32,000 nt of DNA, taken from contig JBBIMK010000004.1 in the NCBI GenBank assembly GCA_037444445.1, positions 64,725 to 96,724 on the forward strand, in the 5' to 3' direction. Below the pieces are notes generated by a model. The model did not search any database. It saw nothing but the letters and a program-made list of their open reading frames with translations, and had not been told where the DNA came from. Of the stretch, positions 1 through 7,776 are shown in pieces. A program made the translations under genes and the position numbers. This stretch comes from a bacterium. Its GTDB lineage: Bacteria > UBP7 > UBA6624 > JBBIMK01. Each line of letters begins with the position of its first letter. Position 1 is the stretch's first letter.

Positions 1-62
1 GCTCTCTTCACTCGTTCTTCTTGCCCACTCTGGGTGTGGAGGATGAACCACTCTTTCGCCAT
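1..62 (-). CDS. nusG: Transcription termination/antitermination factor NusG, N-terminal fragment running off the left edge
   Basis: The reverse complement of 1-62 reads ATG GCG AAA GAG TGG TTC ATC CTC CAC ACC CAG AGT GGG CAA GAA GAA CGA GTG AAG, giving MAKEWFILHTQSGQEERVK. This is a typical NGN-domain opening (W-[FY]-x-x-x-T-x-SG-x-E). The ATG (62-60) shares one base with the secE TGA stop (64-62). It sits in the canonical position after secE. It is truncated, so it is not in the ORF track. Confidence 0.75.
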   Translation of the reverse strand, partial: MAKEWFILHTQSGQEERVKR

Positions 63-319
63 CAGGTGAATAACCTCTGAATGAGAATGTAGGCGAGAAA
101 ATCTGCGAGGGATAGGATGAGAAGGCTGATGAATATAACTCGGAGAACGGCGAGGGAGGCTTGCCATGCGGAAACAGGGGTAGGCCAGGTGACTTTCTGA
201 GCCTCCTGAACGAGGTCAATGAGGTATCGCTTGAGGCGATACCCGAGGGTGGTGTGCAATGAGGTGGAAGAGGGTGAAATGGGAGCGGGGGTTGACCTGC
301 CGGGCATAGGCTTATTCAC
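62..319 (-). CDS. secE: Preprotein translocase subunit SecE
   Basis: 85-aa ORF with the SecE signature around EAQKVTWPT, followed by a single C-terminal TM helix (LAVLRVIFISLLILSLADFLAYILI). It sits between rpmG and nusG as in most bacteria. The track start is GTG at 319; ATG at 307 (MPGRS...) has a better AAGGTG Shine-Dalgarno 9 nt upstream and may be the real start. Confidence 0.85.
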   Translation of the reverse strand: MNKPMPGRSTPAPISPSSTSLHTTLGYRLKRYLIDLVQEAQKVTWPTPVSAWQASLAVLRVIFISLLILSLADFLAYILIQRLFT

Positions 320-331
320 CTTTATGAGGGG

Positions 332-496
332 TTATTTCATCTCCCTGTGAAGGGTGTGCTTTCTGCAGTGGGGGCAAAATTTCTTGAGTTCCAGCCTTTC
401 CTTCTCTAAGATGTGGGATTTGGTGGTAATGTAATTCCTCCTTTTGCACTCACTACAAAATAGAAGTATGCCTGATTTCTTCGCTTTCTTGGCCAT
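332..496 (-). CDS. rpmG: 50S ribosomal protein L33 (C4 zinc-ribbon form)
   Basis: Hand translation of the reverse strand from ATG at 496 gives [54 protein letters not shown], with TAA at 334-332. This is the L33 pattern with both CxxC pairs. It is 54 aa, so below the ORF-track cutoff. Its position between tuf and secE is canonical. Confidence 0.9.
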   Translation of the reverse strand: MAKKAKKSGILLFCSECKRRNYITTKSHILEKERLELKKFCPHCRKHTLHREMK

Positions 497-511
497 AGGG
501 GAATGCAGGGG

Positions 512-1747
512 TTATGAAATAGCGGAGGTTACCACGCCTGCGCCCACGGTTTTTCCACCTTCGCGAACGGCGAAGCGAACACCTGCGTCCATAGCCACCG
601 GGTAAATCAATTCCACCTCCATTAACACATGGTCACCCGGGTTGGCAAATTGCACCTCTTGCTTCGTGTCGGGGTCCATCAGGCGGAGGATACCCCCGGT
701 CACATCAGCGGTTCTGACGAAGAACTGGGGCCGGTAGCCTGGGACGAAAGGCGTGTGGCGACCACCCTCTTCCTTCGTCAGGACATAGGTATCTGCGACA
801 AATTTTTTGAACGGCTTCACCGAGCCGGGCTTGGCCAGCACCTGACCCCGCTCCACCTCTTCTTTTGCGATTCCTCGGAGGAGAACGCCCACATTATCTC
901 CTGCCCGGGCATCATCGAGGATTTTTCGGAACATCTCCAGGCTGGTGGCTACGGTAGTGCGGATTTCACCGGACAGACCGACGATGTCCACCTCCTCACC
1001 TGGCTTGAGGATGCCCTTTTCCACACGGCCCGTGACCACAGTTCCTCGTCCTGTGATGGTAAAGATGTCCTCAATGGGCATAAGAAAGGGCTTATCCACA
1101 TCTCGGGTGGGGGAGGGTATGTAACGGTCCATCGCATCAATTAATTCCCACACAGGCCCGCACCAGGGGCATTCTCTCTTTCCACAGGCACACTCCATGG
1201 ACTTCAAGGCGGAGCCCTGAATAATCGGGCAGTCTGGGTCGAACTGATACTTTTTCAACAGTCCGCGCACATCTTCTTCAATCAAGGCCACCATGTCCTT
1301 CCAGCCTTCTCCCTCGGATTGCTGGAGAATGTCGGTCTTATTGATGAAAACGAGGATAGCGGGGACATTCACCTGGCGAGCCAGGAGGATATGCTCCCGG
1401 GTCTGGGGCATCGGGCCATCGTCCGCTGCCACTACGAGGACGGACCCATCCATCTGGGCTGCGCCAGTAATCATATTTTTGATGTAGTCCACATGCCCCG
1501 GGCAATCAATGTGAGCATAATGACGCTGGGGAGATTCATATTCCGCATGGTGGACGTTGATGGTGACGCCTCGCGCTTTCTCTTCGGGTGCGTTATCAAT
1601 CTCCTCGTAGGATTTCGCCACCGCCAGATTCGCCTTCGCCAGAACCTTGGTGATGGCGGAGGTCAAAGTCGTCTTGCCATGGTCTACATGACCGATGGTG
1701 CCGATGTTCACATGTTCCTTACGCCGCTCAAATTTTTCTTTTGCCAT
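512..1747 (-). CDS. tuf: Elongation factor Tu (411 aa, carrying lineage-specific insertions)
   Basis: Near-complete colinearity with canonical EF-Tu: [10 protein letters not shown] (P-loop), [45 protein letters not shown] Shine-Dalgarno lies upstream of the ATG at 1747. Confidence 0.98.
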   Translation of the reverse strand: MAKEKFERRKEHVNIGTIGHVDHGKTTLTSAITKVLAKANLAVAKSYEEIDNAPEEKARGVTINVHHAEYESPQRHYAHIDCPGHVDYIKNMITGAAQMDGSVLVVAADDGPMPQTREHILLARQVNVPAILVFINKTDILQQSEGEGWKDMVALIEEDVRGLLKKYQFDPDCPIIQGSALKSMECACGKRECPWCGPVWELIDAMDRYIPSPTRDVDKPFLMPIEDIFTITGRGTVVTGRVEKGILKPGEEVDIVGLSGEIRTTVATSLEMFRKILDDARAGDNVGVLLRGIAKEEVERGQVLAKPGSVKPFKKFVADTYVLTKEEGGRHTPFVPGYRPQFFVRTADVTGGILRLMDPDTKQEVQFANPGDHVLMEVELIYPVAMDAGVRFAVREGGKTVGAGVVTSAIS

Positions 1748-1790
1748 TTCTTCTACCTCCTGCCTTTATTTTCTTTTATCCTGACCCGAG

Positions 1791-1863
1791 AGCCCATGAT
1801 CGGGATTGAACCGATGACCTCTTCCTTACCAAGGAAGCGCTCTGCCGGCTGAGCTACATGGGC
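1791..1863 (-). tRNA. tRNA-Thr (anticodon GGT)
   Basis: The reverse complement folds by hand into a cloverleaf: acceptor GCCCATG/CATGGGC, D arm GCTC..GAGC, anticodon stem CTTCC/GGAAG with loop TTGGTAA, T arm ATCGG-TTCAATC-CCGAT. No encoded CCA. It lies immediately upstream of tuf, as in many bacteria. Confidence 0.9.
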
Positions 1864-1895
1864 TATCCGGCTCTGATTGCGTTCCCACCCTGGCG

Positions 1896-1968
1896 AGCGG
1901 GAGACGGGACTCGAACCCGCGACCCTCAGCTTGGAAGGCTGATGCTCTTCCACCTGAGCTACTCCCGC
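1896..1968 (-). tRNA. tRNA-Gly (anticodon TCC)
   Basis: Reverse complement is GCGGGAGTAGCTCAGGTGGAAGAGCATCAGCCTTCCAAGCTGAGGGTCGCGGGTTCGAGTCCCGTCTCCCGCT. Acceptor GCGGGAG/CTCCCGC, anticodon stem TCAGC/GCTGA with loop CTTCCAA, T loop TTCGAGT. Confidence 0.9.
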
Positions 1969-1978
1969 AGAAGCATCC

Positions 1979-2061
1979 TGGAGGGGGCAGGATTTGAACC
2001 TGCGAAGCCTTCCGGCAATGGGTTTACAGCCCATCCCCTTTGGCCACTCGGGCACCCCTCC
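1979..2061 (-). tRNA. tRNA-Tyr (anticodon GTA), long variable arm
   Basis: Reverse complement is GGAGGGGTGCCCGAGTGGCCAAAGGGGATGGGCTGTAAACCCATTGCCGGAAGGCTTCGCAGGTTCAAATCCTGCCCCCTCCA. Acceptor GGAGGGG/CCCCTCC, anticodon stem ATGGG/CCCAT with loop CTGTAAA, class-II variable arm, T loop TTCAAAT. Confidence 0.9.
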
Positions 2062-2111
2062 TCCGCCACAGGCGAGATATTTGCCCATCTGCTCAAATCC
2101 AAAATTATAAA

Positions 2112-2140
2112 GTATAATAGACCTATACCCATTCTGTCAA
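2112..2140 (-). promoter_or_regulatory. Putative sigma70-type promoter for the tRNA-tuf transcription unit
   Basis: On the minus strand there is a perfect TTGACA (2140-2135), a 17-nt spacer, then TTATAC (2117-2112), about 45 nt upstream of the tRNA-Tyr 5' end. Sequence match only. Confidence 0.35.
2113..2118 (+). promoter_or_regulatory. Putative -10 element (aGTATAATag) for rsmI, overlapping the divergent tRNA promoter
   Basis: Perfect TATAAT lies 43 nt upstream of the rsmI ATG and has the same GTATAAT flavour as five other upstream regions in this window. No convincing -35 (TGCTCA at 2090-2095). Confidence 0.3.
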
Positions 2141-2160
2141 GTATCTTACAATTATTAGTG

Positions 2161-2847
2161 ATGAAACCCGGATGCCTCTTCATCCTCGCCACCCCGATTG
2201 GAAACCTTCAGGACCTATCACCCAGAGCCCTAAAGGTGCTTAAAGAAAAAAACCTATTCTGCATTGAAAATACGCACTCCCTTAAAAAAATTCTTACCTC
2301 CTTTTCCCTATCTTCGCCTCAGCATATTATATCTTACTATGGTGAGAAAGAAAAATCAAGAGTGGGGAAAATACTCCATTGGCTCAGGGAGGGTAAGGAT
2401 GTAGTCCTGGCGACTGAGAGTGGGACGCCAGGGGTATCTGACCCGGGGATGTATCTCGTCCGTGCGGCACTAAAGGAGGGAATACCGGTGGTTCCCGTGC
2501 CGGGTCCATCTGCCCTGTCCACCGCTCTTTCAGTGAGCGGCTTCCCTTCCACTCCTTCCATTTTTCTGGGCTTCTTGCCCGCCCGAAGAGGGAAACGGAG
2601 AAAACTTCTGAAAGCCTGCGGCAATTTAAAGGCTACCCTCGTGATATTCGTCCCCCCGCATGATGCTATCTCTCTCCTGCAAGAACTGCTGGAGATTCTG
2701 GGCAACCGTGAGGCCACTCTCTGCCGGGAAATGACCAAAATGTTTGAGGAAATTAAACTCTCCACTCTCTCTGAATTTCTCCAGGATTTTCAATCCCGGA
2801 AGGAAATTCGGGGTGAGATCACCCTCGTCATCAGCGGAAAGAAATAA
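2161..2847 (+). CDS. rsmI: 16S rRNA (cytidine1402-2'-O)-methyltransferase RsmI (tetrapyrrole-methylase fold)
   Basis: MKPGCLFILATPIGNLQDLSPRALKVLKE matches the RsmI N-terminal ATPIGNL motif. Also TESGTPGVSDPG and VPVPGPSA. The track ORF (1858-2847) is artificially extended leftward through the tRNA genes; ATG 2161 gives the normal ~228-aa size. Confidence 0.85.
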   Translation: MKPGCLFILATPIGNLQDLSPRALKVLKEKNLFCIENTHSLKKILTSFSLSSPQHIISYYGEKEKSRVGKILHWLREGKDVVLATESGTPGVSDPGMYLVRAALKEGIPVVPVPGPSALSTALSVSGFPSTPSIFLGFLPARRGKRRKLLKACGNLKATLVIFVPPHDAISLLQELLEILGNREATLCREMTKMFEEIKLSTLSEFLQDFQSRKEIRGEITLVISGKK

Positions 2848-2915
2848 AATTTTCATCTTCTCTGCCCATTTTTTCCCCATTAAACGGCGCGAAACCTCCA
2901 TCTATTAGTCAGACA

Positions 2916-4538
2916 CTACTCACCCACAGAACTGCACAGAGTTTTCACGGTAGCCTGCGTTGTGGTGCTGGTGACTTTCATCTCTTGAATAGTTGTGTTC
3001 GTAGCGAAAGATGCCTTCATAGATGTGGTAGAACTTACGCTCTTCAGTGAAGCATCCTCCATTATGGCGGAAGTATCCTGACTGAAGTCGGGTGGGCAAT
3101 CAGATGAAATAAGACCATTGGTATCCAACTTCAAAATCCAGAGGTCTGAGCAGGGATACCCATCACAGTTTCCCCCTGCACCGAAAGTAGTGGTAGAGCC
3201 TACCACAATGTAACCGCCATCTTTCGTGTGCTGAACCGAGCGGGCGACATCCTGCCCAGACCCACCGTAAGCCTTCTGCCACTGTATATTACCAGAAGAA
3301 TCCAATTTCAGAACCCAAGCATCAGCATATCTTCCACCCAGAGAATTCGTTTCACCAGCCACTATATAGCCACCATCAGCCGTCAGGTCAATGGAATACG
3401 GATAACTCACACCTTCGTCCGAGTAGATTTTCTGCCACTTCATATGGCCATGAGAATTCAATTTTAGAATCCACAAATCATTACCAGTTTCCTGAGAAAG
3501 GCTGGTAGCACCTGCCACGATGTATCCTCCATCGGGGGTCTGATGGATGGCATTTGCACTTGTAGGTGATAGGCCACCATATGCCCTTATCCAGACCACT
3601 TGCCCTTTAGCATCTACCTTCAGAAGCATAGCATTTTCCACCCCGTAGATATTCCAAATACCCTCTACTTTTTGAATAAATTTCCCTCCCAGGATATATC
3701 CACCACCGGTGGTTTGCAGGATACAACAGGGAAAAGCAAAATAAGGACTGTCAGAAGTTTTTTGCCACTCCATATTTCCCCTGGAATCCAGTTTCAAAAT
3801 CCAAATTTTACTGCGAGTTTCACAGTTCACACATGCAGTGATGATATATCCGCCATCTTTCGTTTGTAAGATATAAGATGGCTCTTCCTTTGCTGCGGTG
3901 CCGTAAGTCTTTTGCCAGAGTATATCTCCGTCAGCGCTCAGTTTCAGGACCCAGAGGTCGACAGTATCAGCACCACGAAGAGAGGTGTATCCTGCCACAA
4001 TATATCCGCCGTCGGTGGTTTGCCGGATAGATTTTGCCACATCCGTAGAGATACGATGATAGGCCTTTTGCCATTTTACATTTCCCACAGAGTCTAAGTT
4101 CAGAATCCAGAAATCATTTTTGTGGCCATAGACGGTAGTAGAACCCACGACGACGAATCCCCCCTCCCTTGTCTGCTGAACAGCGTATGCGTAATCACTG
4201 GAGGGACCGCCGTAAGTTTTTGCCCAGGTACTTATCACAGAGGTTCTCGTAAAAGTGGCTCTGCAAGATGTATTGGCATTCATCGTTATTCTGCCATCCG
4301 CACAGTCCGGGTCCCCGGACCATCCATCAAAATGCCAGAGTGGGGCAGGTAGAGCCACAAGGCTGACAATTGCCCCGTGGTAAAAGAATCCTGAGCACTC
4401 CGTTCCGCAGTGAATTCCTGCTGGTTCACTTTTCACCATTCCATTCCCTTTTTTTATCACCGTCAATTGATACTGGGGAGGTTCTTCTATTCCGCCGAAA
4501 GTGAACACACTCATTGCAAAAATGCATATTTCAGCCAT
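2916..4538 (-). CDS. Repeat protein: N-terminal InlB-B-repeat-like/Ig-like domain, seven beta-propeller-type repeats (SBBP-like) and a Ser/Thr-rich tail
   Basis: Seven tandem ~50-aa repeats match the pattern T-x-DGGYI-x-(A/V)G-x-T ... D-x-W-(I/V)-LKLD-x-x-G-x-x-x-WQK-x-YG. The N-terminal segment GNGMVKSEPAGIHCGTECSGFFYHGAIVSLVALPAPLWHFDGWSGDPDC...CRATF resembles the G-x-V-x-S-x-P-x-GI-x-CG ... F-x-GWSG domain. Its N-terminus (MAEICIFAMSVFTFGG) is only weakly signal-peptide-like. Confidence 0.8.
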   Translation of the reverse strand: MAEICIFAMSVFTFGGIEEPPQYQLTVIKKGNGMVKSEPAGIHCGTECSGFFYHGAIVSLVALPAPLWHFDGWSGDPDCADGRITMNANTSCRATFTRTSVISTWAKTYGGPSSDYAYAVQQTREGGFVVVGSTTVYGHKNDFWILNLDSVGNVKWQKAYHRISTDVAKSIRQTTDGGYIVAGYTSLRGADTVDLWVLKLSADGDILWQKTYGTAAKEEPSYILQTKDGGYIITACVNCETRSKIWILKLDSRGNMEWQKTSDSPYFAFPCCILQTTGGGYILGGKFIQKVEGIWNIYGVENAMLLKVDAKGQVVWIRAYGGLSPTSANAIHQTPDGGYIVAGATSLSQETGNDLWILKLNSHGHMKWQKIYSDEGVSYPYSIDLTADGGYIVAGETNSLGGRYADAWVLKLDSSGNIQWQKAYGGSGQDVARSVQHTKDGGYIVVGSTTTFGAGGNCDGYPCSDLWILKLDTNGLISSDCPPDFSQDTSAIMEDASLKSVSSTTSMKASFATNTTIQEMKVTSTTTQATVKTLCSSVGE

Positions 4539-4673
4539 CCGGAATATCCACGCACCGTAAAGATATAACCCCGGGGATTTATGCCTCCAGATTATCAGGA
4601 TTGCGTTCCCTCCTCTCCCGATAGTTTGCGTTTCTTAACTTTGCGCCTTTCTTTTGTCCTCCACCATTTTAAC

Positions 4674-6575
4674 TCAAATTTTCCGGGCAATAAAAAGGGT
4701 TAATTCCGATTCCATCAAAGGATAGCGATAAAGCGTATGGACCTGAGTAGATAGCCACAAGGATAGAGGCGCTGACTCCAGGGTATGGGCTGTGGGAGGC
4801 GAAAGGGCAATGGCTACCCAGCCATCCGGGCGGGCTAACTGGATGAAGCGTTCCAGGTAGTAGAGTTCGGGAGGGCAGGCAGATAGACGCTCCAGCACTT
4901 CGGGCGTAATCTCTTCATCCAGGGGCTCCTGCCTCGTCCAGTCATAATGCTCCACCAGGTCAAAAATTTTCCGATAATCCACCCGCCTTTTCTTCTTCTC
5001 CATCGTCTGAAAGCCGGGAAGAAATTCCGCCAGGGTTACAGGTTTCTTCTCCTCCACCCGATTCCAGATTTCATAATTTCTAAATAATTTATTCATTACG
5101 AGAGTTGCCCGGCGAATCTCATAAGGAGGAAGGCCGTAAAAGGCTTGTAAAGCCGGTGAATAAACAGGAGAAGAATGAGGATGGAGGGATTCTGGTTGTG
5201 CGAGAAGTTGAGCCCAATTCTGGATGTGATTTTTTTTAGTATCCGTAGATGGGATACCCCATACGAGGTGGAATTGATGGGGTTCTACGCCCCATTCTAA
5301 CAGGTTCAATAACGGGTCTGAAATAAACAGATTGAATCGTTTCTGCTTACCGGAATGCACCCAGCCTTCTCTGAACCCGGGTCGTGGCTCTACTCCGAAG
5401 AGATTTTCATCGGGGATGTGAAAGATTTCGCCAGCGTGGTGGAGGCCCTGCCCTGTTCCACAAAAAAGATGCAGGATTTTCGCTCCTGAAGGAAAAGCCA
5501 TGCCTGTTAGTTTTTTTAGAAGGCCGAGAATCTCTCTTTCCTGGTCTGCTTCTTTTTCGGTGGTAGGCATACCCATCATTGTCGGGATGGCGACTCCTGG
5601 AAGGGGAGTCTGGACCATATTTGCAAGGAGATGTTGGTATTCCAGCAGAGGTTCATCCACAGTCAGGGGAGTCAGCCCCGCCTGGATAAGGCGGAGGTTA
5701 CCTTCTGCTGGGGAAGTAGAAGGTGGGAACTGGCAGATACGGACTCTTTTCCCGCGTCGGTGAGCCTGGAGGCATTCTCTTTCCATATTTCCTTCTGGTC
5801 GAATCTGGACGGCGAGAATCAGGTCAGAGAGGGCAAGGATCAGCCGGTCTCGCTGGGCGCCGCTACCCGGCGTGCCCACATCTTGCGGTGAGAAGGGGGA
5901 AAGAACGAGGGTAGTTTTCGGGTCAAACAGTTCACCAAGTCTGCGGGCTAAAGGGGAAGGTTCTCTTTCTTTCTTCCCGGCAAAGGCTTGAAAAATCCCC
6001 CGGTCAGGAACCAGAAGCAAAGGGGAGCGGCGGATTTTGCTTCTCAAGGCGGGCAAATTATACGACACTCTCGTGGGGCTTGCCACGATGGTAAGCCCCA
6101 TCTCCGCCGCCAGGTCTGCCAGCGCATTCGTCACCTCCAGTCCCCTCCGGTCCACCGTCCGGGAGTTCAAGAATGCAACCTTCGGCGAGGTAAGAACATC
6201 CGGATTCCCGTGTAAACATAAAACCGGCGGCGGATACTCAAAATACTTTCTCAATCCCGACGGATAGCCCTCATCCAGCACCGTGATTGTGTTTATCCCC
6301 CACTCCTGTAGCCTCGCTATTTCTTCTTCCCCCTTGCGGAAAACCCGTTTGCGGTTCCGATTCAGAAAATTTGCAATAGGACCGGGCAAATGATATTCAT
6401 CCTGATAAACTCTTTCCGACAGGCGGAAAAATTCCTCAAGGTTTCTTCCCTCTCTTTCATTAACTTTTAGGATTCTCCAGATAAGAGCAGACCGAATTCC
6501 CGGGAGAGTAAAAAGGAGGAGAAAAAGTTCGCGTTCATTCATTGGAAATTTCGCCCTCATCCTTCTCTTACTCAC
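4674..6575 (-). CDS. Fusion protein: DprA/Smf-like N-terminal half and class-I SAM-methyltransferase-like (N6-adenine-MTase-like order, non-canonical motif IV) C-terminal half
   Basis: aa 12-305 follow the DprA layout: LFLLLFTLPGIRSALIWRIL (HhH/SAM-like), DEGYPSGLRKYFEYPPPVLCLHGNPDVL, VAFLNSRTVDRRGLEVTNALADLAAEMGLTIVAS, AQRDRLILALSDLILAVQIRPEGN, GKRVRI...GNLRLIQAG. aa ~345-633 carry KILHLFCGTGQG (motif-I-like) and YLERFIQLARPDGWVAIALSPP (the LxPGG-like strand). Only degenerate catalytic-motif candidates lie between them (VWGIPSTD, GLPPYE). The track start is GTG 6575; ATG 6542 (MNERELF) is an alternative. Confidence 0.7.
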   Translation of the reverse strand: MSKRRMRAKFPMNERELFLLLFTLPGIRSALIWRILKVNEREGRNLEEFFRLSERVYQDEYHLPGPIANFLNRNRKRVFRKGEEEIARLQEWGINTITVLDEGYPSGLRKYFEYPPPVLCLHGNPDVLTSPKVAFLNSRTVDRRGLEVTNALADLAAEMGLTIVASPTRVSYNLPALRSKIRRSPLLLVPDRGIFQAFAGKKEREPSPLARRLGELFDPKTTLVLSPFSPQDVGTPGSGAQRDRLILALSDLILAVQIRPEGNMERECLQAHRRGKRVRICQFPPSTSPAEGNLRLIQAGLTPLTVDEPLLEYQHLLANMVQTPLPGVAIPTMMGMPTTEKEADQEREILGLLKKLTGMAFPSGAKILHLFCGTGQGLHHAGEIFHIPDENLFGVEPRPGFREGWVHSGKQKRFNLFISDPLLNLLEWGVEPHQFHLVWGIPSTDTKKNHIQNWAQLLAQPESLHPHSSPVYSPALQAFYGLPPYEIRRATLVMNKLFRNYEIWNRVEEKKPVTLAEFLPGFQTMEKKKRRVDYRKIFDLVEHYDWTRQEPLDEEITPEVLERLSACPPELYYLERFIQLARPDGWVAIALSPPTAHTLESAPLSLWLSTQVHTLYRYPLMESELTLFIARKI

Positions 6576-6714
6576 TCATTATATCACGAGAATTTCAAAC
6601 CAATTTTCATTGGGTGAAAGTTTTTGGGGTGGGCAAAATGCTCCTCCGCTCCGAAGATTTCTGGCTTCACCCTCCATAAGAGAAGGCAGGGCACAGGGGT
6701 TTCGCACGCATGTA

Positions 6715-6723
6715 TGTTATACT
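6715..6723 (+). promoter_or_regulatory. Putative extended -10 promoter (TGtTATACT) for the TerC-family gene
   Basis: TG at 6715-6716, one nt, then TATACT at 6718-6723, with a poor -35. It would give a very short (about 6-12 nt) leader before ATG 6736/6742. Confidence 0.3.
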
Positions 6724-6735
6724 TAACTGTAGTGC

Positions 6736-7773
6736 ATGGAGATGTGGGGCCGGGTATTTCCGTGGGTAGTTTTTAACATTTTTGTGGTGGTAATGCTCGC
6801 CCTGGACCTGGGCATTCTTCATCGCAGAGCGCATATTATCCGGATGAAAGAAGCCCTCCTCCTCAGCCTTTTCTGGATTTCTCTCGCTGTTGTCTTCTGC
6901 CTGGGAATTTCCATCTGGCAGGGGCAAACCAAAGCCCTTGAATTCTTGACCGGATATATCATTGAGGAGTCGTTAAGCGTGGACAATCTCTTCGTATTTT
7001 TGTTGATTTTCACTTATTTTAGAGTCCCTGCCGAATACCGGCATAAGGTACTATATTGGGGCATTCTCGGTGCCATCCTGATGCGGTTGATTTTTATTCT
7101 AACGGGAGTGGCTTTAATCCACCTGTTTCACTGGGTGATTTACATTTTCGGCGTATTTCTCATTTTTACCGGCTACAGGATGGCCTGGCAAAAGGATGTA
7201 GAGATTCATCCAGAGAAGAATCCGGTGCTGAAGTTTTTCCGCCGGTTCTTTTCCGTAACAGAAAATTATGTGGGTGGGAAATTTTTTGTGAAGAAGGAAG
7301 GCCGTCTGTGCGCCACCCCTCTTCTGATTGTGCTTTTGATGGTGGAAAGCACGGATGTGGTTTTTGCGATAGATTCAATCCCTGCTATCCTTGCTATCAC
7401 TCATGACCCGTTCCTCGTGTATACCTCCAATATCTTCGCCATCCTGGGGCTGAGGTCCATTTACTTTGCCCTTGCCGGGCTGATGCAATTATTTGACTAT
7501 CTTCATTATGGGCTTTCTGCTATCCTCATCTTTGTGGGAGTGAAGATGCTGATTTCCGACTTTTATAAGATACCCATCGGCATCGCCCTGGGAGTAGTGG
7601 CAGGTATGTTACTGCTGTCAATCCTGACTTCTCTTCTGTTTGCCGGTCAAAAGGGCAAGCCTATCGTTTCACGAGAAGATTTGCCGGAATCTGAAGGGAA
7701 GCACACAGAATCCAAAATTTTTTCTTTGCCAGAGGTTCAGGGTCCGCCACATAATCCCGGGCAGGGCGAATAA
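6736..7773 (+). CDS. TerC/Alx-family integral membrane protein
   Basis: Multi-TM protein with the family hallmarks LTGYIIEESLSVDNLFVFLLIF and ESTDVVFAIDSIPAILAITHDPFLVYTSNIFAILGLRSIYF. Confidence 0.9.
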   Translation: MEMWGRVFPWVVFNIFVVVMLALDLGILHRRAHIIRMKEALLLSLFWISLAVVFCLGISIWQGQTKALEFLTGYIIEESLSVDNLFVFLLIFTYFRVPAEYRHKVLYWGILGAILMRLIFILTGVALIHLFHWVIYIFGVFLIFTGYRMAWQKDVEIHPEKNPVLKFFRRFFSVTENYVGGKFFVKKEGRLCATPLLIVLLMVESTDVVFAIDSIPAILAITHDPFLVYTSNIFAILGLRSIYFALAGLMQLFDYLHYGLSAILIFVGVKMLISDFYKIPIGIALGVVAGMLLLSILTSLLFAGQKGKPIVSREDLPESEGKHTESKIFSLPEVQGPPHNPGQGE

Positions 7774-7776
7774 AAA

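Noticed and set aside
629-1852. Antisense and alternate-frame ORFs inside tuf (629-1144 +, 949-1140 -, 1293-1487 +, 1319-1852 +).
   Set aside because: They lie entirely within the unmistakable EF-Tu reading frame, have arbitrary composition, and show no SD or motif support.
1753-2160. Track ORFs 1753-2088 (-, 111 aa), 1959-2192 (-, 77 aa) and the first 100 codons of 1858-2847 (+).
   Set aside because: They run straight through three well-folding tRNA genes and an AT-rich promoter region. The sequences (e.g. GGGGVPEWPKGMGCKP) are translations of tRNA stems. The real rsmI starts at 2161.
6576-6735. Possible yybP-ykoY (Mn2+) riboswitch upstream of the TerC-family gene, a common association.
   Set aside because: I could not find the conserved GGGGAGUAG-type and distal conserved loop sequences as I remember them. 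The only promoter-like box (6715-6723) would leave a leader far too short for that aptamer. An Infernal scan would settle it.
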